A DNA stretch of 64,000 bases, from assembly GCF_009914755.1 (NCBI RefSeq), contig NC_060945.1; one strand, written 5' to 3'. This document shows, piece by piece, positions 14,894 to 52,900 of this stretch. The notes beneath the pieces are model-generated. The model saw nothing but the letters and a program-made list of their open reading frames with translations. It ran no database searches and was not told the DNA's origin. The position numbers and the translations under genes were made by a program. This DNA is from the human T2T-CHM13v2.0 reference genome, Homo sapiens. How positions within the stretch are numbered: the first letter of the stretch is position 1; each line of letters begins with the position of its first letter.

Positions 14894-15603
14894 TCGCCAC
14901 CGCTGCGTGGCGGCAGCGATGCTCCTGCTGCCGCCCCGGCAGCGCCTGTGTCCTGGGTCCTGTTTCAGGCGGCGTGGGAGAGGGGGCGACGGGTGTCTGG
15001 TCCTGTCCCACGCCCAAACCCCCAGGGCTCCTGTCCTCAGGACCTGCTTCAGCCGACTTCCACCAAGGGAGGGGGAGCTTCAGGATGCCTGCTGTGTTCT
15101 CTGGACTCCCGTTGAGATCCCATTCTGGCCCCTCCGAGTGACATAGGATGGGCTCACCACATGTGGTCAGGCCGGCAGGGCCTCGCTGCAGCACACAATG
15201 ACCCCATAGGTCTCAAGGCCTAGTGTCAGAGCAAACTCATTCATCCATCAGCCCTCTGCCTCCCTCCTCCTTTGAAAGAGCAGTGGCCTGCCCCGCTTGT
15301 AAAAGCCGAGGGGTTCCGGAAAGCCGACCATGCTTTACAGGACAACTGCAAAGAGGAAGAGAGGCGAAATCCAGGGGGAGACCATGTGACCACGCGTGGC
15401 ACTGGCCAATCCCACAGCAGTTGGTGTTAACGTGTGACACCGGAGGCAAACGGGGCGACGGCGAAACGAAGGGTGGGGTCCATGCACGTGCCGGTGGAAG
15501 GGGGAAACGGGTGACCTTTCCGTCAATGCCAAGGAAAATCAAACAACACCTGGGACCCAGAGGGTGTGGGGGACGTCTGTGCCTGACCCAAGCCACGTTT
15601 TCA

Positions 15604-27920
<12,317 letters not shown>

Positions 27921-29702
27921 TTCACCGATCCATCACCCCTCTGCCTCCTTCCTCCTTTGAAAGAGCAGTGGCCTGCCCCGCTTGTAAAAGCCCAGGGGTT
28001 CCGGAAAGCCGAACGCGCTTTACAGGACAACTGCAAAGAGGAACAGAGGCGAAACCCAGGGGGAGACCATGTGACCACGCGTGGCACTGGCCAATCCCAC
28101 AGCAGTTGGTGTTAATGTATGTCACCGGAGGCATACGGGGCGACGGCGAAACGAAGGGTGGGGTCCAGGCATATGCCGGTGGAAGGGGCAAACGGGTGAC
28201 ATTTCCGTCAATGCCAAGGAAAATCAAACAACACCTGGGAACCGTGGGGTAGGGGGGCTTCCTGTGCCTGACCTAAGCCACGTTTTCAAATGCCTACCAG
28301 AGGAGCAAAGAGGTTTCTGCCAATTTCGCAACACCCCCAATCCTCCACCGACCTGGTAGCCCTGACGCAACTTCGGCTGGTACAAACCCACAGAGAGTGG
28401 GAAAGAAACACACAGAGAGTGAGAGACAGAGAGAGAAGAGAGAATGGGAGACACACACAGACACACACGCACACACACGCAGAGTCATACAGCAGAGGCA
28501 TTGAAACACACACTCCCAGGCAACCCCTGAGGATCCGGGGTTCTGCTCTGGAGGAGAACGACCCTCGGGTGAGAGAGCGGCCCAGGAGCACGCAGGCCGA
28601 CCAGTCCTCGAGATCACTGACCGCGGCGCGACTTTTGGCGAGACTCACCCCAACAAACACCGTCCGTGCAGGCCTGAGGCTGGGATCCCGTGCTGCTTCC
28701 CCGGTCTCCACCTGGGGTTTCATCTTCATAGTCGGCCCTTTGCGACTGCTGGCATCAGGAGAGTTTCCCTTCGAGCCCGTGGAGAGGTGAGACCGGAGCC
28801 TCAGAGCCTCGATATCCAAGCACTGCCACGGAGGGCTCCTGCTCTGCAAAGCCTCGGGGACTGGTTTCTAAGACAACGGTGGGAACCACTGTGACCGGAG
28901 AAACCGCTGGGGCCTCGCGCATGCGCATTGGCTGAGCCGACTCACGCTCCACTCCTGACAGATAGGCTGCGTCCCCTTTAAATATTGCCACCGCCACGCG
29001 GCGGCCGCGATACTCCTGCTGCCGCCGCGGTAGCGGCTGTGTCCTGGGTCCTGTTTGGGGTGGCATGGGAGAGGGGACCGCGGGTGTCTCGTCCTGTCCC
29101 AGGCCCAAACCCCCAGGGCTCCTGTCCTCAGGACCTGCTTGAGCCGACTTCCACCAAGGGAGGGGGAGCTTCAGGACGCCTGCTGTGTTCTCTGGACTCC
29201 CGTTGAGATCCCATTCTGGCCCCCTCCGAGTGACATAGGATGGGCTCACCACATGTGATCAGGCCGGCAGGGCCTCGCTGCAGCACACAATGACCCCATA
29301 GGTCTCAAGGCCTAGTGTCAGAGCAAACTCACTCATCCATCAGCCCTCTGCCTCCCTCCTCCTTTGAAAGTGCAGTGGCCTGCCCCGCTTGTAAAAGCCC
29401 AGGGGTTCGGGAAAGCCGAACGCGCTTTACAGGACAACTGCAAAGAGGAACAGAGGCGAAACCCAGGGGGAGACCATGTGACCACGCGTGGCACTGGCCA
29501 ATCCCACAGCAGTTGGTGTTAATGTGTGTCACCGGAGGCATACGGGGCGACGGCGAAATGAAGGGTGGGGTCCAGGGATATGCCGGTGGAAGGGGGAAAC
29601 GGGTGACATTTCCGTCAACGCCAAGGAAAAACAAACAACACCTGGGAACCGTGGGGTAGGGGGCCTCCTGTGCCTGACCCAAGCCACGTTTTCAAATGCC
29701 TA

Positions 29703-30275
<573 letters not shown>

Positions 30276-33200
30276 CTAAGACAACCGTGGGAACCACTGT
30301 GACGGGAGAAACCGCTGGCGCCTAGCGCATGCGCATTGGCTGAGCCGACTCACGCTCCACTCCTGACAGATAGGCTGCGTCCCCTTTAAATATCGCCACC
30401 GCCGCGCGGCGGCCGCGATGCTCCTGCTGCCGCCCCGGCAGCGCCTGTGTCCTGGGTCCTGTTTCAGGCGGCGTGGGAGAGGGGGCCACGGGTGTCTGTT
30501 CCTGTCCCAGGCCCAAACCCCCAGGGCTCCTGTCCTCAAGACCTGCTTGAGCCGACTTCCACCAAGGGAGGGGGAGCTTCAGGACGCCTGCTGTGTTCTC
30601 TGGACTCCCGTTGAGATCCCATTCTGGCCCCCTCCGAGTGACATAGGATGGGCTCACCACACGTGATCAGGCCGGCAGGGCCTCGCTGCAGCACAAAATG
30701 ATCCCATAGGTCTCAAGGCCTAGTGTCAGAGCAAATTCACTCATCCATCAGCCCTCTGCCTCCCTCCTCCTTTGAAAGAGCAGTGGCCTACCCCGCTTGT
30801 AAAAACCCAGGGGTTCCGGAAAGCCGACTGTGCTTAACAGGACAACTGCAAAGAGGAAGAGTGGCGAAATCCAGGGGGAGACCATGTGACCACGCGTGGC
30901 ACTGGCCAATCCCACAGCAGTTGGTGTTAACGTGTGACACCGGAGGCAAACGGGGCGACGGCGAAACGAAGGGTGGGGTCCATGCACGTGCCGGTGGAAG
31001 GGGGAAACGGCTGACCTTTCCGTCAATGCCAAGGAAAATCAAACAACACCTGGGACCCGGAGGGTGTGGGGGACGTCTGTGCCTGACCCAAGCCACGTTT
31101 TCAAATGCCTACCAGAGGAACAAAGATGTTTCTGCCAATTTTGCAACACCCCCAATCCTCCACCGACCTCGTAGCCCTGAAGCAACTTCGGCTGGCACAA
31201 ACCCACAAAGAGTGGGAAAGAAACACACAGAGACTGAGAGACAGAGGGAGAAGAGAGAATGGGAGACAAACACACAGACACACACACACACACGCAGAGT
31301 CATACAGCAGAGGCATTGAAACACACACACCCAGGCAACCCCTGAGGCTCGGGGGTTCTGCTCTGGAGGAGAACGACCCTCGGGTGAGAGAGCAGCCCAG
31401 GGGCACGCAGGCCGACCCGTCCTCGACATCACGGACAGCGGCGCGACTTTTGGCGAGACTCACCCCAACAAACACCGTCCGTGCAGGCCTGAGGCTGGGA
31501 TCCCGTGCTGCTTCCCCGGTCTCCACCTGGGGTTTCATCTTCATAGTCGGCCCTTTGCGACTGCTGGCATCAGGAGAGTTTCCCTTCGAGCCCGTGGAGA
31601 GGTGAGACCGGAGCCTCAGAGCCTCGATACCCAAGCACTGCCACGGAGGGCTCCTGCTCTGCAAAGCCTCGGGGACTGGTTTCTAAGACAACCGTGGGAA
31701 CCACCGTGACCCGAGAAACCGCTGGGGCCTCGCGCATGCGCATTGGCTGAGCCGACTCACGCTCCACTCCTGACAGATAGGCTGCGTCCCCTTTAAATAT
31801 CGCCACCGCCGCGCGGCGGCCGCGGTGCTCCTGCTGCCGCCCCGGCGTCGGCTGTGTCCTGGGTCCTGTTTGGGGCGGCGTGGGAGCGGGGGCCACGGGT
31901 ATCTGGTCCTGTCCCAGGCCCAAACCCCCAGGGCTCCTGTCCTCAGGACCTGCTTGAGCCGACTTCCACCAAGGGAGGGGGAGCTTCAGGACGCCTGCTG
32001 TGTTCTCTGGACTCCCGTTGAGATCCCATTCTGGCCCCCTCCGAGTGACATAGGATGGGCTCACCACACGTGGTCAGGCCGGCAGGGCCTCGCTGCAGCA
32101 CAAAATGATCCCATACGTCTCAAGGCCTAGTGTCAGAGCAAATTCACTCATACATCAGCCATCTGCCTCCCTCCTCCTTTGAAAGAGCAGTGGCCTACCC
32201 CGCTTGTAAAAGCCCAGGGGTTCCGGAAAGCCGACCGTGCTTAAAAGGACAACTGCAAAGAGGAAGAGAGGCGAAATCCAGGGGGAGACCATGTGACCAC
32301 GCGTGGCACTGGCCAATCCCACAGCAGTTGGTGTTAACGTGTGACACCGGAGGCAAACGGGGCGACGGCGAAACGAAGGGTGGGGTCCATGCACGTGCCG
32401 GTGGAAGGGGGAAACGGGTGACCTTTCCATCAATGCCAAGGAAAATCAAACAACACCTGGGACCCGGAGGGTGTGGGGGACGTCTGTGCCTGACCCAAGC
32501 CACGTTTTCAAATGCCTACCAGAGGAACAAAGATGTTTCTGCCAATTTCGCAACACCCCCAATCCTCCACCGACCTCGTAGCCCTGAAGCAACTTCGGCT
32601 GGCACAAACCCACAAAGAGTGGGAAAGAAACACACAGAGACTGAGAGACAGAGGGAGAAGAGAGAATGGGAGACAAACACACAGACACACACACACACAC
32701 GCAGAGTCATACAGCACAGTCATTGAAACACACACCCCCAGGCAACCCCTGAGGCTCGGGGGTTCTGCTCTGGAGGAGAACGACCCTCGGGTGAGAGAGC
32801 AGCCCAGGGGCACGCAGGCCGACCCGTCCTCGAGATCACGGACAGCGGCGCGACTTTTGGCGAGACTCACCCCAACAAACACCGTCCGTGCAGGCCTGAG
32901 GCTGGGATCCCGTGCTGCTTCCCCGGTCTCCACCTGGGGTTTCATCTTCATAGTCGGCCCTTTGCGACTGCTGGCATCAGGAGAGTTTCCCTTCGAGCCC
33001 GTGGAGAGGTGAGACCGGAGCCTCAGAGCCTCGATACCCAAGCACTGCCACGGAGGGCTCCTGCTCTGCAAAGCCTCGGGGACTGGTTTCTAAGACAACC
33101 GTGGGAACCACCGTGACCCGAGAAACCGCTGGGGCCTCGCGCATGCGCATTGGCTGAGCCGACTCACGCTCCACTCCTGACAGATAGGCTGCGTCCCCTT

Positions 33201-35324
33201 TAAATATCGCCACCGCCGCGCGGCGGCCGCGGTGCTCCTGCTGCCGCCCCGGCGTCGGCTGTGTCCTGGGTCCTGTTTGGGGCGGCGTGGGAGCGGGGGC
33301 CACGGGTATCTGGTCCTGTCCCAGGCCCAAACCCCCAGGGCTCCTGTCCTCAGGACCTGCTTGAGCCGACTTCCACCAAGGGAGGGGGAGCTTCAGGACG
33401 CCTGCTGTGTTCTCTGGACTCCCGTTGAGATCCCATTCTGGCCCCCTCCGAGTGACATAGGATGGGCTCACCACACGTGGTCAGGCCGGCAGGGCCTCGC
33501 TGCAGCACAAAATGATCCCATACGTCTCAAGGCCTAGTGTCAGAGCAAATTCACTCATACATCAGCCATCTGCCTCCCTCCTCCTTTGAAAGAGCAGTGG
33601 CCTACCCCGCTTGTAAAAGCCCAGGGGTTCCGGAAAGCCGACCGTGCTTAAAAGGACAACTGCAAAGAGGAAGAGAGGCGAAATCCAGGGGGAGACCATG
33701 TGACCACGCGTGGCACTGGCCAATCCCACAGCAGTTGGTGTTAACGTGTGACACCGGAGGCAAACGGGGCGACGGCGAAACGAAGGGTGGGGTCCATGCA
33801 CGTGCCGGTGGAAGGGGGAAACGGGTGACCTTTCCATCAATGCCAAGGAAAATCAAACAACACCTGGGACCCGGAGGGTGTGGGGGACGTCTGTGCCTGA
33901 CCCAAGCCACGTTTTCAAATGCCTACCAGAGGAACAAAGATGTTTCTGCCAATTTCGCAACACCCCCAATCCTCCACCGACCTCGTAGCCCTGAAGCAAC
34001 TTCGGCTGGCACAAACCCACAAAGAGTGGGAAAGAAACACACAGAGACTGAGAGACAGAGGGAGAAGAGAGAATGGGAGACAAACACACAGACACACACA
34101 CACACACGCAGAGTCATACAGCACAGTCATTGAAACACACACCCCCAGGCAACCCCTGAGGCTCGGGGGTTCTGCTCTGGAGGAGAACGACCCTCGGGTG
34201 AGAGAGCAGCCCAGGGGCACGCAGGCCGACCCGTCCTCGAGATCACGGACAGCGGCGCGACTTTTGGCGAGACTCACCCCAACAAACACCGTCCGTGCAG
34301 GCCTGAGGCTGGGATCCCGTGCTGCTTCCCCGGTCTCCACCTGGGGTTTCATCTTCATAGTCGGCCCTTTGCGACTGCTGGCATCAGGAGAGTTTCCCTT
34401 CGAGCCAGTGGAGAGGTGAGACCGGAGCCTCAGAGCCTCGATACCCAAGCACTGCCACGGAGGGCTCCTGCTCTGCAAAGCCTCGGGGACTGGTTTCTAA
34501 GACAACCGTGGGAACCACTGTGACCCGAGAAACCGCTGGGGCCTCGCGCATGCGCATTGGCTGAGCCGACTCACGCTCCACTCCTGACAGATAGGCTGCG
34601 TCCCCTTTAAATATCGCCACCGCCGCGCGGCGGCCGCGGTGCTCCTGCTGCCGCCCCGGCGTCGGCTGCGTCCTGGGTCCTGTTTGGGGCGGCGTGGGAG
34701 CGGGGGCCACGGGTATCTGGTCCTGTCCCAGGCCCAAACCCCCAGGGCTCCTGTCCTCAGGACCTGCTTGAGCCGACTTCCACCAAGGGAGGGGGAGCTT
34801 CAGGACGCCTGCTGTGTTCTCTGGACTCCCGTTGAGATCCCATTCTGGCCCCCTCCGAGTGACATAGGATGGGCTCACCACACGTGGTCAGGCCGGCAGG
34901 GCCTCGCTGCAGCACAAAATGATCCCATACGTCTCAAGGCCTAGTGTCAGAGCAAATTCACTCATACATCAGCCATCTGCCTCCCTCCTCCTTTGAAAGA
35001 GCAGTGGCCTACCCCGCTTGTAAAAGCCCAGGGGTTAAGGAAAGCCGACCGTGCTTAAAAGGACAACTGCAAAGAGGAAGAGAGGCGAAATCCAGGGGGA
35101 GACCATGTGACCACGCGTGGGACTGGCCAATCCCACAGCAGTTGGTGTTAACGTGTGACACCGGAGGCAAACGGGGCGACGGCGAAACGAAGGGTGGGGT
35201 CCATGCACGTGCCGGTAGAAGGGGGAAACGGGTGACCTTTCCATCAATGCCAAGGAAAATCAAACAACACCTGGGACCCGGAGGGTGTGGGGGACGTCTG
35301 TGCCTGACCCAAGCCACGTTTTCA

Positions 35325-47641
<12,317 letters not shown>

Positions 47642-49426
47642 TTCACTCATCCATCAGCCCTCTGCCTCCCTCCTCCTTTGAAACTGCAGTGGCCTGCCCC
47701 GCTTGTAAAAGCCCAGGGGTTCCGGAAAGCCGAACGCGCTTTACAGGACAACTGCAAAGAGGAACAGAGGCGAAACCCAGGGGGAGACCATGTGACCACG
47801 CGTGGCACTGGCCAATCCCACAGCAGTTGGTGTTAATGTATGTCACCGGAGGCATACGGGGCGACGGCGAAACGAAGGGTGGGGTCCAGGCATATGCCGG
47901 TGGAAGGGGCAAACGGGTGACATTTCCGTCAATGCCAAGGAAAATCAAACAACACCTGGGAACCGTGGGGTAGGGGGGCTTCCTGTGCCTGACCTAAGCC
48001 ACGTTTTCAAATGCCTACCAGAGGAGCAAAGAGGTTTCTGCCAATTTCGCAACACCCCCAATCCTCCACCGACCCGGTAGCCCTGACGCAACTTCGGCTG
48101 GCACAAACCCACAGAGAGTGGGAAAGAAACACACAGAGAGTGAGAGACAGAGAGAGAAGAGAGAATGGGAGACACACACACAGACACACACGCACACACA
48201 CGCAGAGTCATACAGCAGAGGCATTGAAACACACACTCCCAGGCAACCCCTGAGGATCCGGGGTTCTGCTCTGGAGGAGAACGACCCTCGGGTGAGAGAG
48301 CGGCCCAGGAGCACGCAGGCCGACCAGTCCTCGAGATCACTGACCGCGGCGCGACTTTTGGCGAGACTCACCCCAACAAACACCGTCCGTGCAGGCCTGA
48401 GGCTGGGATCCCGTGCTGCTTCCCCGGTCTCCACCTGGGGTTTCATCTTCATAGTCGGCCCTTTGCGACTGCTGGCATCAGAAGAGTTTCCCTTCGAGCC
48501 CGTGGAGAGGTGAGACCGGAGCCTCAGAGCCTCGATACCCAAGCACTGCCACGGAGGGCTCCTGCTCTGCAAAGCCTCGGGGACTGGTTTCTAAGACAAC
48601 GGTGGGAACCACTGTGACCGGAGAAACCGCTGGGGCCTCACGCATGCGCATTGGCTGAGCCGACTCACGCTCCACTCCTGACAGATAGGCTGCGTCCCCT
48701 TTAAATATCGCCACCGCCACGCGGCGGCCGCGATACTCCTGCTGCCGCCGCGGTAGCGGCTGTGTCCTGGGTCCTGTTTGGGGTGGCATGGGAGAGGGGA
48801 CCGCGGGTGTCTCGTCCTGTCCCAGGCCCAAACCCCCAGGGCTCCTGTCCTCAGGACCTGCTTGAGCCGACTTCCACCAAGGGAGGGGGAGCTTCAGGAC
48901 GCCTGCTGTGTGCTCCGGACTCCCGTTGAGATCCCATTCTGGCCCCCTCCGAGTGACATAGGATGGGCTCACCACATGTGATCAGGCCGGCAGGGCCTCG
49001 CTGCAGCACACAATGACCCCATAGGTCTCAAGGCCTAGTGTCAGAGCAAACTCACTCATCCATCAGCCCTCTGCCTCCCTCCTCCTTTGAAAGAGCAGTG
49101 GCCTGCCCCGCTTGTAAAAGCCCACGGGTTCCGGAAAGCCGAACGCGCTTTACAGGACAACTGCAAAGAGGAACAGAGGCGAAACCCAGGGGAAGACCAT
49201 GTGACCACGCGTGGCACTGGCCAATCCCACAGCAGTTGGTGTTAATGTGTGTCACCGGAGGCATACGGGGCGACGGCGAAATGAAGGGTGGGGTCCAGGG
49301 ATATGCCGGTGGAAGGGGGAAACGGGTGACATTTCCGTCAACGCCAAGGAAAAACAAACAACACCTGGGAACCGTGGGGTAGGGGGGCCTCCTGTGCCTG
49401 ACCCAAGCCACGTTTTCAAATGCCTA

Positions 49427-49999
<573 letters not shown>

Positions 50000-52900
50000 C
50001 TAAGACAACCGTGGGAACCACTGTGACGGGAGAAACCGCTGGCGCCTAGCGCATGCGCATTGGCTGAGCCGACTCACGCTCCACTCCTGACAGATAGGCT
50101 GCGTCCCCTTTAAATATCGCCACCGCCGCGCGGCGGCCGCGATGCTCCTGCTGCCGCCCCGGCAGCGCCTGTGTCTTGGGTCCTGTTTCAGGCGGCGTGG
50201 GAGAGGGGGCCACGGGTGTCTGGTCCTGTCCCAGGCCCAAACCCCCAGGGCTCCTGTCCTCAGGACCTGCTTGAGCCGACTTCCACCAAGGGAGGGGGAG
50301 CTTCAGGACGCCTGCTGTGTTCTCTGGACTCCCGTTGAGATCCCATTCTGGCCCCCTCCGAATGACATAGGATGGGCTCACCACACGTGGTCAGGCCGGC
50401 AGGGCCTCGCTGCAGCACAAAATGATCCCATAGGTCTCAAGGCCTAGTGTCAGAGCAAATTCACTCATCCATCAGCCCTCTGCCTCCCTCCTCCTTTGAA
50501 AGAGCAGTGGACTACCCCGCTTGTAAAAGCCCAGGGGTTCCGGAAAGCCGACCGTGCTTAAAAGGACAACTGCAAAGAGGAAGAGAGGCGAAATCCAGGG
50601 GGAGACCATGTGACCACGCGTGGCACTGGCCAATCCCACAGCAGTTGGTGTTAACGTGTGACACCGGAGGCAAACGGGGCGACGGCAAAACGAAGGGTGG
50701 CGTCCATGCACGTGCCGGTGGAAGGGGGAAACGGGTGACATTTCCATCAATGCCAAGGAAAATCAAACAACACCTGGGACCCGGAGGGTGTGGGGGACCT
50801 CTGTGCCTGACCCAAGCCACGTTTTCAAATGCCTACCAGAGGAACAAAGATGTTTCTGCCAATTTCCCAACACCCCCAATCCTCCACCGACCTCGTAGCC
50901 CTGAAGCAACTTCGGCTGGCACAAACCCACAAAGAGTGGGAAAGAAACACACAGAGACTGAGAGACAGAGGGAGAAGAGAGAATGGGAGACAAACACACA
51001 GACACACACACACACACGCAGAGTCATACAGCACAGTCATTGAAACACACACCCCCAGGCAACCCCTGAGGCTCCGGGGTTCTGCTCTGGAGGAGAACGA
51101 CCCTCGGGTGAGAGAGCAGCCCAGGGGCACGCAGGCCGACCCGTCCTCGACATCACGGACAGCGGCGCGACTTTTGGCGAGACTCACCCCAACAAACACC
51201 GTCCGTGCAGGCCTGAGGCTAGGATCCCGGGCTGCTTCCCCGGTCTCCACCTGGGGTTTCATCTTCATAGTCGGCCCTTTGCGACTGCTGGCATCAGGAG
51301 AGTTTCCCTTCGAGCCCGTGGAGAGGTGAGACCGGAGCCTCAGAGCCTCGATACCCAAGCTCTGCCACGGAGAGCTCCTGCTCTGCAAAGCCTCGGGGAC
51401 TGGTTTCTAAGACAACCGTGGGAACCACTGTGACCGGAGAAACCGCTGGGGCCTCGCGCATGCGCATTGGCTGAGCCGACTCATGCTCCTCCCCTCCTGA
51501 CAGATAGGCTGCGTCCCCTTTAAATATCGCCACCGCCGCGCGGCGGCCGCGATGCTCCTGCTGCCGCCGCGGCGGCGACTGTGTCCTGGGTCCTGTTTGG
51601 GGCGGCATGGGAGAGGGGACCGCGGGTGTCTCGTCCTGTCCCAGGCCCAAACCCCCAGGGCTCCTGTCCTCAGGACCTGCTTGAGCCGACTTCCACCAAG
51701 GGAGGGGGAGCTTCAGGACGCCTGCTGTGTTCTCTGGACTCCCGTTGAGATCCCATTCTGGCCCCCTCGGAGTGACATAGGATGGGCTCACCACATGTGG
51801 TCAGGCCGGCAGGGCCTCGCTGCACCACACAATGACCCCAGAGGTCTCAAGGCCTAGTGTCAGAGCAAATTCACTCATCCATCAGCCCTCTGCCTCCCTC
51901 CTCCTTTGAAAGTGCAGTGGCCTGCCGCGCTTGTAAAAGCCCAGTCGTTCCGGAAAGCCGAACACGCTTTACAGGACAACTGCAAAGAGGAAAAGAGGCG
52001 AAACCCAGGGGGAGACCATGTGACCACGCGTGGCACTGGGTAATCCCACAGCAGTTGGTGTTAATGTGTGTCACCGGAGGCATACGGGGCGACGGCGAAA
52101 CGAAGGGTGGGGTCCAGGCATGTGCCGGTGGAAGGGGGAAACGGGTGACATTTCCGTCAGTGCCAAGGAAAATCAAACCACACCTGGGAACCGGGAGGTG
52201 GGGGTGCCGACTGTGCCTGACGCAAGCCACGTTTTCAAATGCCTACCAGAGGAGCAAAGAGGTTTCTGCCAATTTCGCAACACCCCCAATCCTCCACCGA
52301 CCTCGTAGCCCTGAAGCAACTTCGGCTGGCACAAACCCACAAAGAGTTGGAAAGAAACACACAGAGACTGAGAAACAGAGGGAGAAGAGAGAATGGGAGA
52401 CAAACACACAGACACACACACACACACGCAGAGTCATACAGCAGAGGCATTGAAACACACACCCCCAGGCAACCCCTGAGGATCCGGGGTTCTGCTCTGG
52501 AGGAGAACGACCCTCGGGTGAGAGAGCGGCCCAGGAGCACGCAGGCCGACCAGTCCTCGAGATCACTGACCGCGGCGCGACTTTTGGCGAGACTCACCCC
52601 AACCAACACCGTCCGTGCAGGCCTGAGGCTGGGATCCCGTGCTGCTTCCCCCGTCTCCACCTGGGGTTTCATCTTCATAGTCGGCCCTTTGCGACTGCTG
52701 GCATCAGGAGAGTTTCCCTTCGAGCCCGTGGAGAGGTGAGACCGGAGCCTCAGAGCCTCGATATCCAAGCACTGCCACGGAGGGCTCCTGCTCTGCAAAG
52801 CCTCGGGGACTGGTTTCTAAGACAAACGTGGGAACCACTGTGACCGGAGAAACCGCTGGGGCCTCACGCATGCGCATTGGCTGAGCCGACTCACGCTCCA

